Below, one piece after another: positions 49,746 through 60,690 of a DNA stretch of 64,000 nucleotides; the stretch's first letter is position 1, and each line of letters opens with the position of its first letter. A program made the translations under genes and the position numbers. Origin of the DNA: Neodothiora populina. Taxonomy: Eukaryota. The stretch spans positions 372,001-436,000 of the forward strand of contig NW_027191413.1 of assembly GCF_041146345.1 (NCBI RefSeq). The letters are read 5' to 3'. The notes below the pieces were generated by a model that searched no databases, was not told the origin of the DNA, and saw nothing but the letters and a program-made list of their open reading frames with translations.

Positions 49746-50365
49746 GTAGTGCTTTCTCGCTGTGGTAGATCCTGAATATAGCCATATTATATGTTTGGTT
49801 TTGTTCAGTGATAATTCAGCCTATGAACAATGATCCCTTACTTCTTGATTATTTACAATAGACTTTGTGATTATTATTGTATTACATTTTGACTACTTAC
49901 TCTTGTTTCATAGCTTCTTTATACTTCCTTTCGAGTTTATTGCACGCTTTATTTGCATTTAATATTACCTTTTGTTGCATTTTTTGACGTTCCACTTCAC
50001 AATCAGTTCCGTTTCGCTTCCCAATTGTGTGAGCTTCATTATACAACTACTTATGCTCCACCTTGCAATTATCTACGCTGCACTTTGTGATTACTGGCTC
50101 TGCACCAAAGGCAAGGTACAATGCAATTGCCTATTCCTACGATGACGTATGGATGATTAGACCTCACATTCGGTGCTTAGTGTGAGGATCTAGATGTTCC
50201 AGATTCCAGGACGTTTGGCTAAGTAAAGTATAATTGTGCAAATGCAGGTTCATTGAACAATTAACGTCGACGGTTGTCTGTAATATATAGTAAAGTGATG
50301 TACTGTGCCGCGAAGGTCTCCTCAGCTCCATTGTTGCTTGGTCTCGTACACTCTTTACAAGTAAA

Positions 50366-53300
50366 ATGGTTGCATCAGAGACTGAAGATGTGATACTAGA
50401 CCTCATCTCTGCCGATGACAGGCCGACTTTCATACTCGAAACCCCAATGTCACCTTCAGATAATCATGAGGATCCGCAAATCATCTATCGCAACACCGCG
50501 CTCGTCTCATTCCTGGAAACACCGAGAACAAGTCCATTATCATTCGAGACATGGAGCAATTCCCTTGCAAGAGCTTCATTAAGACAACCGATAGCAGCGA
50601 CTGCAGGAGAAGCCCGCCATGCAGGTGTCTTTGGTGACAGAGAATGGTCCAGTAAAAGCCTCAAGTGCGGTTGGACAATAGTGTATTGCAGGAAACACAA
50701 CTGGAACACTTCAGCCCATCAATCGAAAGCTGAGCAATCAACTTCCGCTTATTATACTGGTACTATAGAATACGAGGATGCGGCTGCAGAGACGGATATT
50801 CCATTAAGTCAACTACATATTGACTGGCTGAAATATCCTCTCCTGAGCTCTGATCCATGGATCTCCTACTTGCGCGGCTTTAATTGGAGCAGCACTAAGC
50901 TTGGTCCAACGAACGAATGGTCATCTACGCTTTGTAGCTATGTTATAACCATAATGGCATGCCACGAACCTCGTTACATTTTCTGGGGGGACGACTTAAT
51001 CATGCTTTATAATGAAGCTGCAGTTCCAATACTTGGACCAATTCATCCAGGCTCACTCGGCAAGCCGCTGGCTGATATCTGGGGCAAAACATTACATGAT
51101 CAACATCAGAGGACCATCAGACATGGAATTCAGCAGGGTAAAGCCTTTCCAATCAAGGCTGCCGAACTTATCGTCGAACGAAATGGGTTTTACGACGAAC
51201 TTTACAGTGACATACAATATACTCCGATACCCTCAGAAGATGGCCGTTGGAGCGGCTCTCTTCTAGAGTATCACGATGTTACACCTAGGATATATCAAGA
51301 GAATCGCAAAAAGGTGGCTGCTGCCATCTCAAATTGCACTGCCAGAATGCAATCTTTGGCTGGGTTTTGGGTCGAATCAACTAAAGTTTTGGAAGCAGAG
51401 TCCAAAGACGTGTCATATGCCGTCATATACAGCGTGAACAGTCGTACATCAGCGGAGTCTCCGCCCTATCAATTCGAGGCCTCATATGGTACTGATAGCT
51501 CATTATTCAAGGATGAACCTCCTCTCAGCTTGGCCAATGCCTTCTCCACCAATCAGGGATCACTACACCTCTTGCAGAAATCGACTCAGACTTTGCCTCC
51601 AGAACTCACAATGACAACAGCGCATGGAACGGTATCTTCTGCATATATCATGCCTGTCACCAGTGGAATAGGAGCTGAACTGGCCTACGTAATTCTCGGC
51701 ATGAATCCGAGGAGAGCTGCTGAGGAAAGCCATCTTTTTGTGACACACCTACGTGATCTGTTCGAAAGATCTTGCGCAATCATAGATTTGCCCGAAGCTA
51801 GGAAACGTCTGGAAGAAGCGAACCTAGCTCTTCTCGACCAGCTTCGAATCACAAAGGTCAAGGCGGAGAAGAACGAGGAGGCCTTTAAGAGAATGGGCCG
51901 TCAAGCCCCTGCCGGCATGTTCATCTTCGCTGCAGATGGTCGACCCCTCTACGCTAATGAGGCATATCTCAATCTATTCGACTTATCTAATAGCAAGTTC
52001 TATGACGATGCACAGACAGATTTTGTTTGGGGTGCGGCCTTGTACGAAGAGGATCATCAAAGTGCTAAAGACCTCATGATCAAGGTGTTCAGAGACAAAC
52101 AAACTGGCTCCTTCGAGTATCGCCTAAGGTCTGGTTCGCAGACTATACCGCGCTGGATGGAAGGAACCATATTTCCAGAAACGGATGATGCCGGGAATGT
52201 TGTGTCATTCCAAGGATGGGTCGCCGACATCTCGCATCGTAAATTCGCCGAACATGTTCGAGAGGAACGACTTCAGGAAGCTCTGGATCACAAGCGAGCC
52301 GCTGAGAAGTTCCTGGATATGATCTCGCATGAGATTCGCAACCCTTTATCATCTATCCTCCTCTTAGCTGAAGATATCCTTATGTCACTTCCCCAAGACA
52401 AGAACGTTGTCTTGCCGCCTGAAAACACTGACTCGATTATAGATGCAGCAAAAACGATTTCTCTATGTGCAGTGCATCAGAAGAGCATTGTAGATGAAGT
52501 TCTAACCATCTCAAAATTGGATTCAAACCTGCTCGTACTCAGTCTGGAGAAAGCTCGAGCCTTGTCCATTGTAGAGTCTGGCCTCAAAATGCTGTCCGCT
52601 GATCTGTCCGCTGCAAACATCGAGAAATCTGTCAACGTCTTACCTAGCTATGAGGGATTGGGATTAGACGACATATTACTGGATGTTCATCGAATGACGC
52701 AGGTTTTCATCAATCTTTTAAACAATGCGATCAAGTTTACACGAGACTCTGAGAAACGTAGGATTACTGTAACCATAGGTGGTTCGACTGAGCGACCTGC
52801 GGCAGGCTCCTCACCGGTCACTTTTATCCCGTGTCGTATGAAACAATCGGGCTCTCTCATCTCACGAGTCAAGCAATCCGCTGCTGTCGAAGCTGGACGT
52901 GAAATCTATATTCATTTCAGCGTTGAAGATACTGGTTGCGGCCTCACTGGAAGCGAAATGTCGCACTTGTTCCACCGCTTTTCACAAGCATCACCCAAGA
53001 CCTACAAGCAATATGGGGGAAGTGGATTGGGCCTCTTTATTAGCAGGGAATTAGTCGAACTCCATGGGGGGCAAGTCGGTGTCCGCAGTTCTCCTGGAGT
53101 AGGCAGCAACTTTATGTTCTACATTCAAGCATATCGTGCTAAATCAGCCTCTGCTCTGGAAACTGTGGTTAGAGCGAGCGATGTCAAGGCAGTTTCAGAA
53201 GCAAACACGCCTCTGAAAAAGGGTTCGTTGTCGTTGTCTAATGGAAAGGAAAGCTCTCTAAAAGATATGCATGTTCTACGTAAGTTTACTCATTGGTTTG

Positions 53301-53802
53301 TCTTCTTGAGCGCACCACTGATACGAGTAGTCGTTGAGGATAATCCAGTGAACCAAAAGGTCATCGCCAAACAGCTTCGCAGAGCTGGTTGTAAGACGGT
53401 CAAAGTCGCTGAACACGGAGTCGAGGCTCTAGACTTCCTCTCGAAAAGCTCACTATACAAAGATCCAGGGGTAGATCAAATACCTCTCTCGGTGATACTT
53501 CTGGACGTCGAAATGCCTGTAATGGACGGTCTGACATGTATACGACGCATCCGCGAACTTGAGGGAAGTGGGGACATAATTCAACATGTTCCCGTCATTG
53601 CTATCACAGCAAATGCTAGACAGCAGCAAATTGACGATGCCTTGCAAGCAGGAATGGACTCGGTCGAGGTATATCACGTCCCATTCTTTTTGAAAATAAC
53701 TCACAGTATCTTTACTGACTTTCCTTGCAGACCAAGCCTTTCAATATTCCGGACCTTGTGTCTCGTATGGAAGCTCTTGTCGCAAAATGGCAACCGTCTT
53801 GA
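50366..53802 (+). CDS. Hybrid histidine kinase (PAS/GAF-like - PAS - HisKA - HATPase_c - receiver), 3 exons
   Basis: H-box FLDMISHEIRNPL, N-box QVFINLLNNAIKFT, G1 VEDTGCG, G2 YGGSGLGLFISRELV and receiver LLDVEMPVMDG. Intron 53280-53330 gives HVLLVEDN; intron 53669-53730 gives TKPF..WQPS* at 53802. Confidence 0.93.
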
Positions 53803-53989
53803 TTTTGCGTCCTTGCAATTTGAGATTGATAACGAGATAAATGAATAGAGGATGAGCGATAACATCACCATAATATTGGCCTAGTGGACAGCCAAGTCAA
53901 GCGTTGATGAGGCGAGAGGCGCTTATACTTAATGCTGAGTAATCCCTAATTGTACGTAGATAAAACAACAGTCAGGTAGAGCCTGTACA

Positions 53990-54170
53990 GTAATTGGAAG
54001 TATAGTAAACAACAAGTAATAGAGAATTGGATATCGAGTATGAGCTGTATCAATAACAACTGAAATAGCGCAGGTTTACAGTGAACATCGAGTGACAGGT
54101 CAATAATTGGTTGATGACTGGTCAATCAATCTGTAGCAAAGTACTACTTATTGAATGAATAACACATACT
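53990..54170 (-). repeat. Degenerate 11-bp array, family 2, minus strand
   Basis: Reverse complement gattgaccagt catcaaccaat tattgacctgt cactcgatgtt resembles the 22.9-23.2 kb units. Boundaries are fuzzy. Confidence 0.5.
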
Positions 54171-54801
54171 ACTAGGATGAATTACAGATGAAGGGTTTAA
54201 CAAAGTACGAGCAAACGTAGATTGAATTTCAAAGTGAATTGTGAAAAAGTGCGAAGTGAACCTCGAGTAAATGCTTCTTCTAAGCGCGAATGGGTATGAA
54301 GTACCTTAATTAAAGGTATTAGTGGTCCGGACCTTCCATGGAGTGTCCGCACGGCGACTTCAATTCCTCCGAAGCTGGTGACCCTACTTCCATACCATCC
54401 TGACAGAGTCACTCTCCATTGACTACTATTGTACCTCGTATTAGCGCCAATAGTAAGCACGCATGGATGCGCCATCGTAGGACTCCGACTGAGAGCTTGT
54501 CCGAGAGGTTGAGAGGCGTTCTTACGACCCACATGTATCAAGGTCTAGCATGGTCGCTTATGGCGATATATCCCCAACAGCAGCAAGTCCTCTCACTATT
54601 TAAGTGACCTTGTCTCCTTTTGCGGACTGTACAATTTCGCCAACCGAATCCTTCCAAGCAGCCGTGATATTCTTTATCTAGCATCCAGCAGAACCTGTTC
54701 ATTTCGTGTTGTACCACAGCATATTCCCTTAACAATCATCGGTATGTTCATCTATACATTTGTGACCCAACGACGGCGATTGATGACCCGTGAGGAACCT
54801 A

Positions 54802-56126
54802 ATGACTACCTTGATAAACCGCATCTGGACGGCTTTCAGCCCTCCTCAGCCTGCGAAGAAAGACGATGCTCTTAAATTTGGTGTACTGGGAGCTGCGACG
54901 ATTGCGTAGGTGTTTCTCTTGCTCGATTTGACACTCGCTAAATAGTGATACAGTCCTCTTGCGTTGATAATCCCTGCCAAATCGCATCCCGAAGTCATCA
55001 TTCAGGCAGTGGCTGCTCGTGATCGCAGAAAGGCAGAGGCATTTGCGAAATCTAATGGTATACCAGAGGTCAAGGGGTCGTACCAAGGTCGGTGTTTCTC
55101 TCTCATCTTGCTTTTGTTCTCATGGCTGAAATTTCTTCCTCAGAGATCATTGATGATCCGAATATTGACTGTGTATACATTCCGCTGGTGAACAACCTGC
55201 ACTTCGAATGGGCTGCTCGTGCAGTCCGCGCTGGAAAGCATGTCCTTCTGGAAAAGCCATCCGCTTCGAATTCGACCGAGGCCGAGATTCTATTCAACTT
55301 GCCTGAGTTGTCTGCTCCTCATGGTCCAGTCCTTCTAGAAGCTTTCCACAACCGATTCCATCCTTCTTGGGCATTTTTCAAGTCCTTGGTCAAGCCTGCT
55401 GATGTAGTCCACGTTACTTCTCATTTCATGTTACCCTGGTGGACGAATTCGAAGAACGATATCTTCTTCAACTACAATCTTTCCGGAGGCAATATCATGG
55501 CCGTGGGCACGTACAATCTTGCTGCGACACGACTTCTCTTCGATGCCGAGCCAGAGGAGTGTATCGATTGTGATACTAAAGCTTACACTGATGGTGTCCA
55601 TGCCAAGTGTGATTACGAATTCAAGGCCAGATTTCGCTTCCCGAATGGTGGAATCGGCGAAGCCAGCAGTACACTCAGAGGTGGAACTATGTACAGGGCT
55701 GCATACGTGACAGTCACGACCAAAGGAATCGTGGTCCCCGATGACACTCTCCCTGCCAGCCAGGAGAAACGCCGCTCTCAGGAACTCACTATCAGCGATC
55801 TGATCCATGGTGGTTTCTGGCACAGAATTGACGTCACGAGCACGTTCAAAATATGTGACAGAGAAACAGGTACAGTGATCAAGAAGTGGGTGGAGAAGGA
55901 AAGTCACAAGGCATACACCTTCGAAGAAGCCGGTATGGCCAACCTGCCCGGTGAGGACTACTGGCTGTCTTATCGACATCAATTGGAGCAGTTTGTAAAC
56001 AAGATCCGAGGTCGCGAGACGCAGCATTGGGTCACCGCAGAGGATTCCTTAGTTCAGGCGAGGATGATCGATATGGCGTATGAAAAGAGTGGTCTCGGAC
56101 TTCGACCTACTAGCTCTTTCAGATAA
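54802..56126 (+). CDS. Gfo/Idh/MocA family NAD(P)-dependent oxidoreductase, 3 exons
   Basis: Exons joined over introns 54906-54953 and 55088-55143: LKFGVLGAATIA|PLALIIPAKSHPEV..VAARD..SYQ|EIIDDPNIDCVYIPL..GKHVLLEKP..LLEAFH. Confidence 0.92.
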
Positions 56127-56297
56127 GGTGATTTCTTCTTCTTTCTAACGTCAGTCAAAACTCGTCAGTCTCACTGTTACTTAATTGTCCTTCGCTATTG
56201 TTTGATCAAATGTGCTTCATCACCTCTATCTTTCTAACTCGCCCTAGCACACGTAATCCTGCCAGTCTCTACAGAAGCTCCATCTACGCAACTCGGA

Positions 56298-56418
56298 TCT
56301 ACTAAGCCTTTACTAAGTATCAACAACATCTTCATTGCGGACTCACTGCTCCTTCATTACTCCTTTACTGCTCCTTTACTGCTTCTTCATTAACTCTTCA
56401 CTGCTTCTTCACATAATC
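56298..56418 (+). repeat. 11-bp tandem array, family 1
   Basis: Eleven in-phase units: tctactaagcc tttactaagta tcaacaacatc ttcattgcgga ctcactgctcc ttcattactcc tttactgctcc tttactgcttc ttcattaactc ttcactgcttc ttcacataatc. Confidence 0.88.
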
Positions 56419-56519
56419 AGCAAGAAGAGAGGTACAGCGCTGCTATTGAAAACTGGCTGGTGTACCATTCTGCGCCTGTCCCCGATGATGTCGACCTCGA
56501 TGAAAAGACTTCTCGCAGC

Positions 56520-57090
56520 CAAGAACGTGCTAGGAAATGGTCTTGGAGTATAAAAAGGGAGACCCTAAGGCGGAGAAAGCATACATAGCGGCATATTGGA
56601 AGAAACGTATAGCTAACGAAACCCCCAAGGAGAGGACTGTTCGTCTAGCTGCTGCTGCTACTGAACGTTATTACAACAGACAAAGGGCTGAACGGAAACT
56701 TAATCCTGTTATTCTAACAAAAAAGAGGACGGTATAAGAAAGGAGAAAGTGAACAAGAAAAGAAGGGGCAAACCCCTTAAGGAAAGGACTGTTCGTTTAG
56801 CTGCTGCTGCTACTGCTGCAGAACATTATAAAAACAGATAAAGGGCTAAACGGAAACTTGATCATGTTGTTCTGACAAAGGAAGAAGATAACGCAAGGAA
56901 GGCGAAGGTGAATAAGAAGAGAATGGGGGAGAGAGCACGACAAAGGGCTCGAGAGACTGCTAATTCTAGTAAGAAGAAAAAGTTAAGTTCTAAGCAGGAT
57001 AGGATTTGTAAGAAGAAGAACGCAGTAAGGCAGGCCAACCTTCGTAAGAAGAACAGAATTGCAGCAAAAGGAGCTGGCATGATTCTCTAA
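56520..57090 (+). pseudogene. Lys/Arg-rich STPR-like repeat element, copy 2 (internal ~150-bp tandem duplication, stops/frameshifts)
   Basis: AYIAAYWKKRIANETPKERTVRLAAAATERYYNRQRAERKLNPVILTKK, then a second KERTVRLAAAATAAEHYKNR*RAKRKLDHVVLTKEEDNARKAKVNKKR..KKKNAVRQANLRKKNRIA. Confidence 0.8.
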
Positions 57091-57226
57091 CGCCTTTACT
57101 AAGTCTGACCTAATCCTTTATTGTGGATTTAATAAGTCCTCACTACCTCTTCACTAAGTCTTCATTGCTTCTTCACTAACTCTTCATTATCCTCTGACTG
57201 CCACTTTGGTGCATCTTCATTATTGC
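57091..57226 (+). repeat. 11-bp tandem array, family 1
   Basis: tttactaagtc tgacctaatcc tttattgtgga tttaataagtc ctcactacctc ttcactaagtc ttcattgcttc ttcactaactc ttcattatcct ctgactgccac tttggtgcatc ttcattattgc. Confidence 0.88.
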
Positions 57227-57281
57227 ACAAGCCCTTAACCTCCATTGCTCACGAAGTCCGTGACTTAATGCTGCGGCTTGC

Positions 57282-58150
57282 TTACTTCTTTCTACTGCCG
57301 CGGGAACCCTTTCTAGATACACGGCGGGTGCTTCCTCCTTTAGCGCCCTTCTTTCCTCCCCTACTGCCGCCACGAGCCCTACTACTACCTGTGCCAGATT
57401 GACCACGACCCTTACTCTCCTCGCGGTCGTGATCATCATCGTCGTCGCTGTCGCGTACGAACTCGGTTGACAACGTCTCCTTAATGGCGCCTCGACTCAC
57501 CCTGGCTCGCCTCTCAGGCTTCGACACAATACCCTCTTGGGAAGATTCTTCCGCGTCCTGTATCTCTGTGTCCTGCTGCATAGACGCACGAAGTTCGTCG
57601 TCCATAGATTGCAACTCACTCAAGGCCGGCTCCGAGCTCTTAGTTCTTCCGCGTCCTGCATCTCTGTGTCCTGCTGCATAGACGAATGAAATTCGTCGAA
57701 ATCCATAGAGTTCAACTCACTCGAGGCCGGCTCCGAGCTGTTAGCTCTGGGTGTAGGCGAAGTTGGAGTAACAGCCCGAACAAGTGGTTAACCACTTCTT
57801 CTCTCGCTGTAAGGTCCCCAAGGCTGACATCGGCAAGCGGTGAATCGCTCATGTCAGTATCGTCGTCTGGGACAGTATCGACGACTGTCTTAGCAACAGT
57901 GTCGAACAAGAGTCGGTGTTTCTGCCCCTTTGCGGTGGATGTCATGAGGCCAGGTGTAGTAGACTGGCTGCTACCGAAAACCTTTTGTCTTTCCGCTAGC
58001 TCAGTGTTGCCGGCGGGCTGAACGAAACGGAAGCTTATGTTGCTCTTCCTACGCTAGGTCGAAGGGGTGACACCCTTAGTAGGTGTGTCATCGGTGTTGA
58101 ACAAGTGGGTAAGGAGATCCTTACAAGATATCTTGTTTAAACACGCCGTA
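57282..58150 (-). pseudogene. 3' fragment of an unknown gene with acidic region and RGG/basic tail
   Basis: One frame reads LTACLNKISCKDLLTHLF..PST*RRKSNISFRF..MTSTAKGQKHRLLFD (TAG at 58056-58054). It is frameshifted by a 98-bp tandem duplication and then ends ..DDDDDHD..RARGGSRGGKKGAKGG..RKK*. Confidence 0.55.
57546..57739. repeat. 98-bp tandem duplication
   Basis: ttcttccgcgtcctg(t/c)atctctgtgtcctgctgcatagacg..caactcactc(a/g)aggccggctccgagct starts at 57546 and again at 57644. Confidence 0.92.
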
Positions 58151-58174
58151 AGTCTTAGCAAAAGTAAGCAACGC

Positions 58175-58400
58175 TTAGTAAACAGAACCTCAATCCTGTT
58201 GTTCTAACGAAAAAAGAGGACAATGCAACAAAGGAGAAAGTGATCGAGAAGAGAAGGAGGGAGAAACCTCGACAGAGCGCTCGAGAGATTGCTGATCCCA
58301 GCAAAAAGGAAACATTAAATCGCTGAACAGGCAGGATTCGCAAGAAGAAGAACGCAGTGAGGCAGGCTAACCTTCACAAGAGGAACGGAATTGCCTCTGA
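58175..58400 (+). pseudogene. Lys/Arg-rich repeat element, copy 3 (5'-truncated)
   Basis: QNLNPVVLTKKEDNATKEKVIEKRRREKPRQSAREIADPSKK..*..RKKKNAVRQANLHKRNGIA; nucleotide-alignable to 56695-56765 and 56855-57065. Confidence 0.8.
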
Positions 58401-58545
58401 TTCACTACGCCTTTACTAAGTCTTTAACTACTTCTTCATTGTGGATTCATTAAGTTTTCACTACCTCTTCACTAAGTCTTTACTGCTTCTTCATAAGCTC
58501 TTTATCATTCTCTGACTGCCACTTTAGCGCATCTTTACTTCTACA
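58401..58545 (+). repeat. 11-bp tandem array, family 1; unit-for-unit paralog of 57091-57226
   Basis: ttcactacgcc tttactaagtc .. ttcattgtgga ttcattaagtt ttcactacctc ttcactaagtc tttactgcttc .. ctgactgccac tttagcgcatc. Confidence 0.88.
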
Positions 58546-58584
58546 TAATATCTATCTATCCCTCGTGTGCTATGACCGGGGTCT

Positions 58585-59865
58585 CTATATTGAACACGGT
58601 GGAAGCGAGAATCCCAAGTATGAGCAGGTCTCCTCGAATGAAGGTACAGCTACGGAAGCCTTTACCAGGAGCTGCTGGAAGTCTAACAGCGCACGCCTTC
58701 CCTCGGCGGTATTCGTCAAGGTTCGTCCTGATGTATCCTGGGCAGGTCTTCTAGCCTCGTCGTGAGAGGTAATGATTTCCTCTTCATCCCCGATCCTCGC
58801 TAACATGGCCATATCCTCTGCACTCCGATCAGCGTTTTCATTAGAATCCGTTTGGTTCCGAGGCCACACAACTTCGACGTTTTTAGCAAGGGTCTCACAG
58901 ACGATTTTTTGTTGCTCTAAGGTGAAAGTTGGCCGCAGCTCACCCTTGTCCTGTCCCATCGAGAGTCGGTGGAAGTTCGCGGTGGCATCCGCGATATTTT
59001 TCTCCAGCTTATCTAACAGCTCCTCTTTCTGCTCTGGCGGGATATCACTGTTCTGAACATCATCTTGCAGAGTGGCCTCCTGTCGGATGCGGTGACCAAA
59101 AGCGGAAAAGTGACTGGTCAACGACTTTTCTGCATGCTGCTCGGTGGCGTTGTCGCCGGCGAAGTCTTTGTCAGTAAGGTAGTGTGGAGGCACCGCGGCC
59201 TTGTTCTGCGGATTGGCTTTGCTTCGTGTGGTGCTGGCGTCCTTTTTGAAGCAGCGCTGGGCGCAACGGAGGAGTTCGTAGGCGCGATTGATATCTTCGC
59301 CAGAATATTCTCTGAAGTAACCGCTTTGGGATTTCTTGTTGTCCTCTGAATCATTCTGATTATCGAACATGCCCTTAGGCCCGTTCTTGATAAGCAAGGT
59401 GATTGCCTCAACTGTGGTGAGATAGTTGTGAGGCATTGTGCCAGTAGCCGCGTCTGGTAAATCTGGTAGTGGGAAATCGTATGCCTTCAGGTCTCCTGAA
59501 CTAGAACCAACATACTGGAATAGCTGCTTCTTCACCAGCGGGCCTGTCCGGCCTCCTACGAAATTGGCCTCGTCCGATCGATAAGCGCAATATGCCGCGA
59601 AGACATCAGCGCTAGCCTCATCATCGTAGATATACGATCTCAGAGCGTTGGTGTCAGGGAGATTGACGTATCCTGCTAGGTGGGCCATGCCGGTGTGGAT
59701 ATCCTTGCCCTTAACGTAAACGATGCGGGCGTAGGTGTCGGAATAATTGAAGCGTGCTGCGTCGATCTCATCCTGGTTTGGTCTGGCAGCTACTGGTGGT
59801 TCGGCCGAGGCTATAGTGGTGGTGCTTTAGTTGGCCTTTCCCTTCTGTCCCTTCTTAGGCGGCAT
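58585..59865 (-). pseudogene. Orphan gene with a premature stop at codon 13
   Basis: ATG at 59865 (MPPKKGQKGKAN*) is in frame with the 367-aa track ORF starting at 59688, interrupted only by TAA at 59829-59827. No family recognised. Confidence 0.6.
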
Positions 59866-60499
59866 GGTGGACACGCTGTAATAGAGTGCGATTGGAGTGA
59901 TAGACCGGAGGTAGAGTGATTCCGGAGATGATGAAGTAGAGTAGTGCGATTCCAGAACGCTGTACCTTTGCGATCTAGACGTGAGTGATGTCCTTATCTT
60001 GCTTCTCTTGCATTTCTTACCTTGCGTGTCCAAAGTCTGTACGTGTGTTTGCGAGAAGGAAATAGAGAAGTGTTTGCAAGATGGTGTACGGGAAAGTGAG
60101 AAATTGTGACCCTTGCCTAGCACACAGAATATGGCTACGACTCAATGTATCGATACCCTTGTGTCGATGGACTTGCCTGAGGATGCTATATCTCCTTACT
60201 TGGCGAACGATCGAGCAAGTGTCAGCGACCTAATGTGCTATAGCTGCTCTAAGACAGTTGAGGTCTTTGAGCGGTGATCAAACGTCGTATTGTCAGCACT
60301 AAAGGATGGTTGAAACCCTGATGCGATGAGGAAGCTTGATCAAGCAAAGTAGCAGGCCGACAACTGTGGAGGTATCCGATGACGAAGAGCAAAGAAACGT
60401 GTGAGGTGTAGAAAGGAAAGAGGAAATATTAGGACGAGGAAAGATGATAGGCACGAAACAGGCTATGCCCAAAGCGGTAAGCACTAGTCACAAGCCAGG

Positions 60500-60690
60500 G
60501 GGCATAAGAGTGAAGGTGAAGTCAATAGTTGGAGAGAAGAGCAAGGTGAAAGTGCAGGGGAAAATCTAGGGTAGAGGTGAATAGGGGGATTGCAATGTAA
60601 GGCTCGGAGTGAGGATTAGGCTCACTTTAGAGGTACTAACAGCAGGTGAACAGAGAGAAAGCGTGAGATTGAGAGTCAAAGTGAACCACT
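60500..60690. repeat. Degenerate ~6-bp periodic purine-rich tract
   Basis: agtgaa/ggtgaa/agtgag/cgtgag/agtcaa-like units; the minus strand translates as TLTLNLTLSL. Confidence 0.45.

Noticed and set aside
53669..53848. Extended C-terminus of the histidine kinase in the ORF track
   Set aside because: Read-through into an intron; splicing restores the receiver TKPF motif and a stop at 53802.
57249..57263. Hairpin tcacg-aagtc-cgtga as a Helitron 3' terminal structure
   Set aside because: Only a 5-bp stem, no adjacent CTRR, and not shared by the paralogous repeat at 58.5 kb.
56298..58545. CRISPR-like interpretation of the short repeat arrays
   Set aside because: Eukaryotic context, contiguous degenerate 11-mers with no unique spacers, and no cas genes.
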